Shown one piece after another: positions 51,001-59,779 of a stretch of DNA of 64,000 bases. The stretch spans positions 7,130,001 to 7,194,000 of the forward strand of contig NC_135808.1 of the NCBI RefSeq assembly GCF_964213995.1. Reading direction: 5' to 3'. Position numbers and translations under genes: made by a program. How positions within the stretch are numbered: position 1 is the first letter of the stretch; each line of letters begins with the position of its first letter. The notes beneath the pieces were generated by a model. It searched no databases, was not told where the DNA came from, and saw nothing but the letters and a program-made list of their open reading frames with translations. This DNA comes from Mustelus asterias (Eukaryota).

Positions 51001-52940
51001 ACACAAGGAGGATGTGCAAACTCCACACAGACAATCCTCTCGCTATGAAGGCCAACAAATCATTTGCCTTCTTTACTGCCTTTTTTTTCTCGCAACTGTT
51101 CCATTTACAACTGTTCTTTACAACTCAGTGAATGATTGTTAAGTAGTTCGTAGTATTTAGATAATAATATTTTGGTGCGTTTATCATTTCCTCCTGTGGC
51201 TGTCTCGGGTCTGACACTGATCCTACGACTCACACGAAGAAAACTAACCCACCTCATGGAGTAAATACTGTAACGATACTTTGCTGAAAATGTAACTTAT
51301 TATTTAGCAAGTATGGTCGACAGCTCACAATGAATTAATCAGCACTTCAACTTTGCTCGATCAATTAAGTCAACATTAATCAATCCCCGGTAAGCTATGT
51401 ATCAATCAACCAGTCAGTCTGGTAATCGACCAATCAGTCAATGAAGCAATCAATTACTTGACCAATCAAGCAAGAAATCAATAGGTCAATGAATCGAACA
51501 AATCGATCGATAAAAAAATTAAAGGAATAAGCAGCAGCAGACATCATTCAGCTGTTTCATTAGTCAACTTGTATTTTGACATTTGAAAGCTGAAAAGGTA
51601 TCAATACTACTGTCAATTCTTATTCTATGGTGTGGAGATGCCAGTGTTGGACTGGGGTGGGCACAGTAAGAAGTCTCATAACACCAGGTTAAGGTCCGAC
51701 AGGTTTATTTGGTAGTACGAGCTTTCGGAGCGCTGCTCCTTCATCAGGTGAGTGGAGAGTTGAGTTCACAAACAGGGCATATATAGACACAGATTAATTG
51801 CAAGATAATGGTTGGAATGCGAGTCTTTACAGGCAATCAGGTACACACAGTGCGAGTGGACAGAGGGATAAACACAGGTTAAAGAAATGTGAATTGTCTC
51901 AAGCCAGGACAGTTAGTATTCTTATTCTAATTTGTAAGTCCGAAGATGTGTACATTAGGTGGACTGGCCATGCTAACTTGCCCCTTAGTGTCTAAAGATG
52001 TGTAGGTTAGGTGGATTGGCCATGCTAAATTGTCCCTTAGTATCTAAAGATGTATAGGTTAGGTGGATTGGCCATGTCATATTTTCCCTTAGTATCTAAA
52101 GATGTGTAGGTCAGGTGGATTGGCCTTGCTAAATTACCCCTTAGTGTCCCAAGATTTGTAGGTTAGGTGGATTAACCATGGTAAATGTGCAGGGATGGTG
52201 CCTGGATAGGATTCTCTTTCGGAGAGTCGGTGCAGATTTGAAGGGCTGAATGTCCTCTTTCTGCACTATAGGGATTGTATGGTTCTATTCATTTATGGAA
52301 AACTGCTATCATACATGACACAGCTCAATCTGGGGAAATAAATTGGAGTTCACCCTCAATGCAAAATGTGTAGCAGTCATTTCCAATGTTGAGCCATTGC
52401 ATTTCAGTCAAGATAATGGTATGATAACTAACATCTCTACATGGAAAATGCTAATTAAATAATAGCCAAGATATTAAATGAGTGTTAGGTTGAAGATCTA
52501 AAGTTTCCTGGTTCAATTCAGAGTTTCGACATGGAGCCACACGCTAGCATCCTTTACTATCTGTTGGTCCACTCAGCTTTTGGGTAAGGCTGTGGCTTAG
52601 TGGTTATGTCACTAGTAATCCGAAAATCCGCGTTGATACTTTGGGGGGATCCTTGGTTTGAGTTCCACAAACAGCTGTTCATGTGATTTGAATTCAATTA
52701 AAAACTTGGAATCAATAATCTATTTCCAATTTTGTCGAATCAATTTCTTTCTGGCTGATAGCACGTGGACCTCTGAACCCTTTTCACTGCATGGGGCAGT
52801 CTAACAGTAATTATACAAGAGAGGTCAAACTAACAAGGCAAATACAATTAAGGAGCAGAAATAGTGAAACAAGTGAACTTACCACATAATAGAATCATCA
52901 ACATTAATTTGACACCGATCATTTTATTGAGTGCAGACAT
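36020..52940 (-). CDS. Gene B: NKp30/NCR3-like single VJ-domain receptor with transmembrane lysine; model join(52940-52883,45341-44997,40337-40225,36735-36673,36040-36020), about 199 aa
   Basis: Phase-compatible GT-AG exons (1,1,0,0). PVGQVSWSRG and YYC...VGNGTKLQVK resemble NKp30, and TEGDSVxxNCT is shared with gene A. The last exon is uncertain. Confidence 0.78.
36287..37430 (+). repeat. About 300-bp direct repeats (36287-36590, 37140-37430) of PLE 3' sequence flanking gene B exon 4
   Basis: Collinear high similarity, e.g. gctattaacacattctgctattttgtttt and atatagcccaccacatttctgtttctac in both copies. Confidence 0.8.
36673..36735 (-). CDS. Gene B exon 4, cytoplasmic (RRRVQAKYHPTAVSPLGTSNA)
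   Basis: gttctag acceptor, GCT|GTGAGT donor, 63 nt phase 0-0; supplies the basic stop-transfer RRR right after the TM. Confidence 0.72.
37910..38430 (-). mobile_element. CR1 3' fragment
   Basis: CR1 C-terminal peptide and tail. Confidence 0.85.
39841..40190 (-). mobile_element. V-SINE (HE1-like), CR1-type tail
   Basis: Full-length copy next to the gene B TM exon. Confidence 0.9.
40225..40337 (-). CDS. Gene B exon 3, stalk + TM with Lys (QVCVNESVPPPVAGLLVGKCILIVFLIAFGVVACLVK)
   Basis: gatttcctttcag acceptor, AAG|GTATGA donor, hydrophobic helix. Missing from the ORF track. Confidence 0.87.
41575..42040 (+). mobile_element. CR1 3' fragment
   Basis: FFTQR..WNAL peptide; short internal duplication. 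Confidence 0.8.
43147..43470 (+). mobile_element. V-SINE (HE1-like), CR1-type tail
   Basis: Full-length copy. Confidence 0.9.
43815..44021. mobile_element. Putative MITE / non-autonomous DNA transposon
   Basis: GC-rich 207 bp with imperfect TIRs gggcgagattctc / gagagttccggcc, interrupting a CR1 remnant. Confidence 0.45.
44190..44510 (+). mobile_element. SacSINE/DeuSINE-like SINE
   Basis: B-box-like ggttcaaatccc, ggaaggaaatctgc body, LINE-shared tail gggcaataaatgctggcc. Confidence 0.7.
44653..44960 (-). mobile_element. V-SINE (HE1-like), CR1-type tail
   Basis: Lies about 40 nt from the gene B V-exon donor. Confidence 0.88.
44997..45341 (-). CDS. Gene B exon 2, VJ-type Ig V domain
   Basis: ttttttctctctcgcag acceptor, C|GTAAGC donor, 345 nt phase 1-1; MNC, VSW, DSATYYC and GNGT motifs. 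Confidence 0.93.
45580..45960 (+). mobile_element. CR1 3' fragment
   Basis: Same subfamily as 10227-10497; (CTATGAC)n-like tail. Confidence 0.8.
46320..48230 (-). mobile_element. Decayed CR1 with internal deletion (RT 3' part joined to endonuclease/ORF1 region)
   Basis: LYRSLVRPHL and SSEALWVELRNKKG peptides. Confidence 0.7.
47882..48125 (+). mobile_element. Putative solo LTR
   Basis: TG...CA ends, CCAAT, TATATATAA, AATAAA, flanks tctgc/cctgc; interrupts a CR1 remnant. Confidence 0.6.
48385..49810 (+). mobile_element. Young 5'-truncated CR1 with uninterrupted RT C-terminal frame and long 3' UTR
   Basis: About 295 open codons (YINDL, FADDTK); (TTCTTTG)n tail. Confidence 0.92.
50165..51080 (-). 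mobile_element. CR1 3' fragment with nested V-SINE (50767-51033)
   Basis: LYRALMRPHLEYCVQFW peptide. Confidence 0.82.
51340..51515 (+). repeat. Decayed (TCAA)n-like microsatellite
   Basis: Recurring caatca/atcaa units. Confidence 0.55.
51716..51751 (-). ncRNA. Minimal hammerhead motif (family 2), sense within gene B intron 1
   Basis: Reverse complement TCAC-CTGATGA-A-GGAGC agc GCTCC-GAAA-GCT-C-GTA. Confidence 0.6.
51943..52180 (+). repeat. 52-bp tandem repeat (about 4.5 units) of the V-SINE central segment
   Basis: aagat unit starts at 51943, 51995, 52047, 52099 and 52151. Confidence 0.9.
52465..52531 (+). pseudogene. Degenerate tRNA-Phe(GAA) pseudogene
   Basis: gagtgttaggttgaagatctaaagtttcctggttcaattcagagtttcgaca aligns with vertebrate tRNA-Phe GAGCGTTAGACTGAAGATCTAAAGGTCCCTGGTTCGATCCCGGGTTTCGGCA; the D-arm is partly deleted. 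Confidence 0.7.
52883..52940 (-). CDS. Gene B exon 1, signal peptide MSALNKMIGVKLMLMILLC
   Basis: ATG, 58 nt, hydrophobic, phase-1 donor G|GTAAGT. Confidence 0.83.
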
Positions 52941-53075
52941 GATACTGCTTCCAAAAAGGCGTTAGATAGACGGGGCAAGCTGAAGCTACTAGAACAGACC
53001 TTTAAGATGCAACAGGCAACACTGAAGGCGTTACTTTGTGCTAGAGGCTAGCCTCATGTGATTCAACCACAAAGC
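52941..53075 (-). promoter_or_regulatory. Putative gene B promoter (E-box, RUNX)
   Basis: CATGTG 53055-53060 and AACCACA 53065-53071, about 125 nt upstream of the ATG. Confidence 0.35.
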
Positions 53076-53079
53076 CTCT

Positions 53080-54780
53080 CTCTATGTTGCACTGAATAGT
53101 AAAGAACAGATGGCAACAAGAGACCCAACAAGTAAGTTGAAGGCGACAAAGGTCACTCATCGGTGCAGAGGGAAGATGTAGGTGAGGCTTTTAATGAGTA
53201 CTCTACGCCTGCCTTCAACAAAGAGGGATGATTGCCGACATTTTGGTCAAGAGACAGGAATGTGGAATGTTGGGTGGCATAAACATGGTGATGGGGCGGA
53301 GGGAGAGTGGCTGAGGGAGTCTTCAGGTACTTGCCACTTTGTGAAGCAGCATACATCGCCAGAACCGGAGGGAATCTACCCCCAGCTGCTGAAGAGTGAG
53401 AGGAAATAGTGGAAGCTCTGGGTATAATTTTCCCATCTTCTCTGGCAACAGGGGACTGGAGGACTCCGAATATCCAACTATTGCTTAAAAAAGGGAGAAA
53501 GGGCTAGCATAGTAATTATGGTCAGTCTAACTTTGGTGATGGGCAGGTTATTTGAAGAGGCTCTGATGGACAGTATAAATCGTCATTTAGAAAGGCAGAC
53601 ATCCATGCAGGACAGTCACAATGGATAGCATAGTATCCCTAACAGTGCAGAAGGAGGCCATTCAGCCCATCGGATCTTCACCAACTATCCGACAGAACAA
53701 CCCACCCAAGCCCTATCCACGAACCCCATGTATTTATCCCGCTAACCTACTCATCTTGGGACATTAAGGGGTAATTTGACATGGCCAGTCCACCTAACCT
53801 GCACCTCTTTGGGAGGAAACCGGAGCACCCGGAGGAAACCCACGCAGACACGGGGAGAACACGCAAAATCCACACAGACAGTCACCCAAGGCTGGAATTG
53901 AATCTGGGCCCCTGGCGTTGTAAGGCAGCAGTGCCAACCACTGTGCCACCATGCCATCCTTTTGCCTCCCCACAACCACCCGCTCACCTTAAGGGGAGGT
54001 TGTGACTGACTAACTTGATTGACTATTTTTGAGGAAGGGAATAACAAGGAGGTAGTGCAAAGTTGATGTAGTTTACACAGATTTTTGGCAAGGTTTTTGA
54101 CACAGTTCCACATTAGGATTGGTCAGTAATGTATGAGCCATGGGCAAGTGGGATCCAAAACTGGATGCAATTGAACGATGGACAGGCGTCTGAAACTCTC
54201 TGCCTAAGAGGGTGGTGTAGGCAGAGGCCCTCATCATATTTAAAACACAGTACTTGCAGGCGTATATATAAAGGGATGTGCAGGGCTCTGGGTGTGTCAT
54301 TACAGGAAGTCTGTGGTCACAAAAGAAGAGGTACAAAGGAGATCCATTTGAATGTTTCCAGAATGGAATGGAGAACTCCAGTGATGAGAAGAGATCCAGT
54401 AGTCAGGGGTGCTTATCTTTGGAGCAGCGGAGGCTGAGGGAAGATTTAAATGTAGTGTGAAGGTTTTGAGGGGACAAAATAGGGAAGGACGTGGTTAACC
54501 TTTTACAGATTTCTATCTGGGTGCATAGATTTAATAGAATTCGGTTAGATGGGAGTTTGAAGATATTTTCACCCAGGTGGTCCTGGATGTCTGCAATTCA
54601 TTGTCTGAAAGGATTGTAAGTTCAACAACCCTCATCACAATGAATGACAAAAATGGATATGCACCCAAAACACCGGAGCCTACAAGACTCTGAGCAAAGA
54701 GCTGCAAAGACAGATGAAGTAGTTTAGCTCTCTTCGGCCTTTGTGGCCAATTTGGGCCAAATGCCCTTCTTCTGTGGCAT
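53080..54780 (+). mobile_element. Old decayed CR1 with nested V-SINE (53628-53957, minus)
   Basis: Remnants of the LNEY, DF.K.FD.VPH and LEQRRLR regions. Confidence 0.65.
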
Positions 54781-54809
54781 ATAGTTTCTAGAGTTATATG
54801 TTTATATAT

Positions 54810-55035
54810 ATTGCTAAAAAAGAAACATGCCATCGAAGCATTTTGTCTTGCACGTATCAGGAAAGATTCACAAGAATAACAAATTCTCAAAGGGAACACA
54901 TATGGCAATGCCTCAACCAATCAGAATCTAATTGCCAGCCAATCATCATGTCATGTATGATTGTTATCCTTGTGTCTGACCTGATGAGTGCAATATGAAA
55001 TGCTTCAACAGCATGTCACTTTTTTTCAGCAATGC
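54810..55035. mobile_element. Inverted pair of PLE family 3 termini with degenerate hammerheads
   Basis: ctgatgagtgcaatatgaaatgcttc at 54981-55006 and a decayed reverse copy at 54825-54862. Confidence 0.55.
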
Positions 55036-55203
55036 TCAAGTCATGAGCTTAAGGTCGTCCTTACTGCCAAGTGACGATACGTTTCTATCCTCTCCCAAAG
55101 AAAGAGATCAAAATCTTTGAGATATCTGGGATGCTGTTTCCAACCTTCTACTGCTTTTTCCAGAAGAGGTGTTAGAATATAGTTGTGTAAACATGTTGTC
55201 TTG

Positions 55204-55304
55204 ACCGGAAGAGGGTTGCATCATAACTTATCGGAAAACAGTACTGAGCAGCTAGAACTTCGCGCCAATCACAGCTAAATCCCCAGAAATGTTGCCATAG
55301 ATAC
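55204..55304. promoter_or_regulatory. ETS + CCAAT + RFX X-box module
   Basis: ACCGGAAG 55204-55211, CCAATC 55265-55270, GTTGCCATAGATAC 55291-55304. Confidence 0.4.
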
Positions 55305-55867
55305 AATAACTACTATGTTCAGAATTAGCAGTACCTCATAGACGACTCTGCACCACACACCCCACCCCCCCACCACCCTGCCCAAGACCAGGGCAGCAAG
55401 AAGCAACATTAAAATTCATTCTACTGTGACTTAGGTTGCAATCAATGAAGTCAAGCTGGCACACATACAAATTAACAAAACAGAGAAAATCTAATGCATA
55501 CACACAGCCCATTGTATCTGTGCCTGCTGTAAAGGAACAATCCAACATTAGCTCCTTTTGCAGCTTATTCCATGTCTCTGTAGGTTATGGAACTTCAGCT
55601 ATGCATCTATTCTTTTTAATATAATGAGATACTCTGCCACTGCCAAACTTGTCTTCTGTGAGTTCCAATACCAAGCTCACCCTGGGTGAAAGTATTTAGC
55701 TGATCCTTCTCTCAATTGCCTTAAATCTTTGCCTCCGGGTACTATTCTATCTAATAAGAGATCTAAGTCCTCCCTATTCACTCAATCTATATTGCCGATA
55801 ATTATGGACCCCATAATTAAATCTCCCCTCAGCCTCTTCTTTCCCAAAGAGAATAACACCAAACTAC

Positions 55868-56180
55868 GGGGCGGCACGGCAGCACAGTGGTTAGCACTGC
55901 TGCCTCACAGCACCAGGGACTAGGGTTCGATTCCCAGCTTGGGTAACTGTCTGTGTGGAGTCTGCACGTTCTCCCCGTGTCTGCGTGGGTTTCCTCCGGG
56001 TGCTCCGGTTGCTTCCCACAGTCTGAAAGACGCGTTGGTTAGGTGCATTGGCCGTGCTAAATTTTCCCTCAGTGTATCCAAACAGGCACCGGAGTGTGGC
56101 GATTAGGGGATTTTCACAGTAACTTCATTGCAGTATTAATATAAGCCTACTTGTGACACTCATAAATGAACTTAAACTTA
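55868..56180 (+). mobile_element. V-SINE type B, full length
   Basis: As 11615-11912. Confidence 0.88.
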
Positions 56181-57258
56181 CTCAATCGTTCCTCATCAAC
56201 AACATTCGTGCCTACATCCTCCTAAATCACATTTGTCGCTGTGGCTGTGGAGTATCATCATGTGCTTCCTGTAATGTGCTGACCAGAACTGTACATGTTA
56301 CTTTGGCTCTGCACTGACGTGTTTTCAAGTAAAGGACTTTCATGGACCATGTACCATAACTGGACTTTGCAGCTATTTCAGACTCAACCACATTGCCTAG
56401 ATATGGAGTCAAGTGAAGTCCTGACCAGATCAACTAAAGATGACAAATTCAATTCCCGAAACGGCAGTAGTGAGCTCGATGGATTTTTAACAGCCATCAG
56501 TGATAGCTTCATTTTCAGTGTTACTGAGGCTAGCTTTAAATTGCAGATTTTATTGAATTCAGTAACCAACTTGTGGAGGAAAGGACACTGCGTATGAACA
56601 TATGCAGCTTCTAGCAAGAGACATTCACAGAGGCTGACTGATCATCTTAAATTGGTTGTTAGTGCAATTCAGGTGCTATTGTGACATTTCAAATCATGCC
56701 CACTGGGCCTCAATCTGGATATCTAGGTTACAGTTCCTGCGACATTACAACTACAGCACAGTGTTTCCTGTGTATAATGTAGCTCTAACATAGTCTCCCT
56801 AATCTTGTCCTCGAAGCCTCAGATAAAAAACCTGGAATACCTTAATAACCACCTTATCTACCTATTTCTACATTAAAATACCTGTGACATGCAGTTCATC
56901 TGTTCCTCTATACATGCTCTGCATACCTCAGGATCATACCAATTATTACAAATTCTAACCAGAATCATTCTTTATTGCAAATTCAAACAAATATCCAGCA
57001 CAAATTTGGGAGCTCCCTTTAGTAAGGGATGACCTGCGAGTTTAGAGTCACCCGGATGATTTATGGAGATTTGAGGGCAGATTTGAATGGAAACTGTAAA
57101 GTTTAAAGTTTATTTATCATTGTCACAGTAGGCTTGCATTAACACTACCATGAAGTAACTGTGAAAATCCCCTAGCCACCACACTCTGGTGCCCGTTTGG
57201 GTAGGCACAGTAAGAAGTTTCACAACACCAAGTTAAAGTCCAACAGGTTTATTTGATA

Positions 57259-57295
57259 TCACAAGCTTTCGGAGCGCAACTCCTTCATCAGGTGA
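57259..57295 (-). ncRNA. Minimal hammerhead motif (family 2, intact)
   Basis: Reverse complement TCAC-CTGATGA-A-GGAG ttgcg CTCC-GAAA-GCT-T-GTGA. Confidence 0.68.
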
Positions 57296-57752
57296 GTGGG
57301 CACTTGGCCTTGTGTTTGGCCTGTTTGGGTACACTGAGGGTGAAATTAGCATGGCCAATGCACCTAACCAGCATGTCTTTTGGACTGTGGGAGGAAACCA
57401 GAGCAAATCCACGCAGACACAGGGAGAACAGACAGGGAGAACAATCCGATAATTGAATCCGGTGCCTGGCGCTGTGAGGCAGCAGTGCTAACCACTGTGC
57501 CACCATGTAGGATCTATTTTAGATGACCACTTTTTACGCCCCAGTTGAAAGCCTGTATGTTAAGTAGAAAATCTTTCTCAAAGTGTCCTTAAAGTTACTT
57601 TGGTGCAGAGAAATATATAAAGTAGCCGTAAAAGTTATATTCCAAATTACGCATTCTCGATTTTCCTTCTCCAGTCCAGCATGGCCACTTGGTAGTACAG
57701 AATTTAAATGTTGCTGCAAAATGTATGCCCTGTTTGTGAGCATTTCTCCACT

Positions 57753-57789
57753 CCACCTGACGAAGGGGCAGCGCTCCGAAAGCCAGTGG
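57753..57789 (+). ncRNA. Minimal hammerhead motif (family 2, cleavage-site U mutated)
   Basis: CCAC-CTGACGA-A-GGGGC agc GCTCC-GAAA-GCc-A-GTGG. Confidence 0.55.
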
Positions 57790-58308
57790 CATTTGCTACC
57801 AAATAAACCTGTTGGACTTTAACCTGGTGTTGTTAAACTTCTTACTGTGTTTACCCCAGTCCAACGCCGGCATCTCCACCTCTTGTACTGATCAGGACAG
57901 ATGCAAGAATGTCAAATTTCAAAGGAGACAATTTGCACTGCATGAAAAAAGGTGCTGATCGGCTGGCGAGTTAATTCTGATTAGTCGAGGTGTTGCCATG
58001 GAGAGTTCACCAAGAAACTATTATCCCATGTGTTTCTCTTTAATTCAAAGAAGATGCAATGTCTAGACATGATATTTCTCCTAGAATATACAAATCCTTG
58101 CTCATTTGTGTGGCTTATGAGTGGCACGGTGGCACAGTGGTTAGCACTGCTGCCTCACAGCACCAGGGACTGCAGTTCAATTCCCACCTTGGGTCACTGT
58201 CTGTGTGGAGTTTGCACGTTCTCTGTGTCTGTGTGGGTTTCCTCCGGGTGCTCCGGTTTCCTCCCACAGTGCTAAGATGTGCAAATTAGGTGGATTGGCC
58301 ATGATAAA

Positions 58309-59037
58309 CCACCAGGTACACGGTACATACTCTTGCAACTCGGCCAACGTTGTCTACCTGATACGCTGCAAGAAAGGATGTCCCGAGGCATGGTACATTG
58401 GGGAAACTATGCAGACGCTGCGACAACGGATGAATGAACACCGCTCGACAATCACCAGGCAAGACTGTTCTCTTCCTGTTGGGGAGCACTTCAGCGGTCA
58501 CGGGCATTCGGCCTCTGATATTCGGGTAAGCGTTCTCCAAGGCGGCCTTCGCGACACACGACAGCGCAGAGTCGCTGAGCAGAAACTGATAGCCAGGTTC
58601 CGCACACACAAGGACGGCCTCAACCGGGATATTGGGTTTATGTCACACTATTTCACATAAATATTTCTGCTTTTTTCCTCCTGAGTCTTTATCATGCGAT
58701 CCTAGAATCAGAATTTATGTCACACTATTTGTAACTCCCACAGTTGCGTGGACCTGCAGAGTTTCACTGGCTGTCTTGTCTGGAGACAATACACATCTTT
58801 TTAGCCTGTCTTGATGCTCTCTCCACTCCCATTGTTTTGTTTCTTAAAGACTGGATTAGTTGTAAGTATTCGCATTCCAACCATTATTCATGTAAATTGA
58901 GTCTGTGTCTTATAAGTTCTGTTTGTGAACAGAATTCCCACTCACCTGAAGAAGGGGCTCAGAGCCTCGAAAGCTTGTGTGGCTTTTGCTACCAAATAAA
59001 CCTGTTGGACTTTAACCTGGTGTTGTTAAACTTCTTA
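58309..59037 (+). mobile_element. 5'-truncated Penelope-like element with GIY-YIG endonuclease C-terminus
   Basis: NVVYLIRC...WYIGET...LRQRMNEH...E...GLN motifs; 10-bp TSD ccatgataaa at 58299-58308 and 59038-59047 inside a V-SINE. Confidence 0.9.
58942..58980 (+). ncRNA. Minimal hammerhead motif downstream of the GIY-YIG ORF
   Basis: TCAC-CTGAAGA-A-GGGGCT cag AGCCTC-GAAA-GCT-T-GTGT. Confidence 0.68.
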
Positions 59038-59779
59038 CCATGATAAATTGTCCATTAGTATCAGGGGGATTAGCAGGGTAAATATATGGGGTTAGAGGGA
59101 TAGGGCCTGGGTGGGATCATTGTTGGTGCAGGCTCGATGGGCTGAATGGCCTTCTTCTGCACTATAGGGATTCTCTGATTCTAGCAAGTGTAAGTGAGCC
59201 ACGTTGAGAGTCTGATGGATAACCTTAAATGCATTGTTAGTGTAATTCTTAACAGAATCGGAATTGGTCAGCAAATGCTGTCCGATCACTGAAAAGAATG
59301 TAATATTAGGCATAAAATAACTATGCTGGGTGTGTAGGGTCAGCAATCAGCCTATTGCAAACAGGTGAACGGATGTGCCATTTGATACAATCCCCCAGTT
59401 GTTGGGCCTATGTGTCTGGTAGTGGATCATCAATGAAATTCATACACTAGCACAGTGGTTAGCACTACTGCCTCACAGCTCCAGGGACCCGGGTTCGATT
59501 CCTGGCTTGGGTCACTGTCTGTGTGGAGTTTGCACGTTCTCCCCGTGTCTGCGTGGGTTTCCTCCGGGTGCTCCGGTTTCCCCCCAAGAGTCCAAAAATG
59601 TGCAGGTTAGGTCGATTGGCTGTGCTAAATTGCCCCTTAGTGTCCCAGGATATGTACGTTAGAGGGATTAGCGGGGTAAGTAAATATGTGGGGTTGTGGG
59701 GATAGGGCTGTGACCATTGTCGATGCAGACTTGATGGGCCGAATGACCTCCTTCTGTACCATAGGGATTCTATGATTAC

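Noticed and set aside
51943-52180. CRISPR-like array
   Set aside because: Eukaryotic context, no unique spacers; it is a tandem duplication of SINE sequence.
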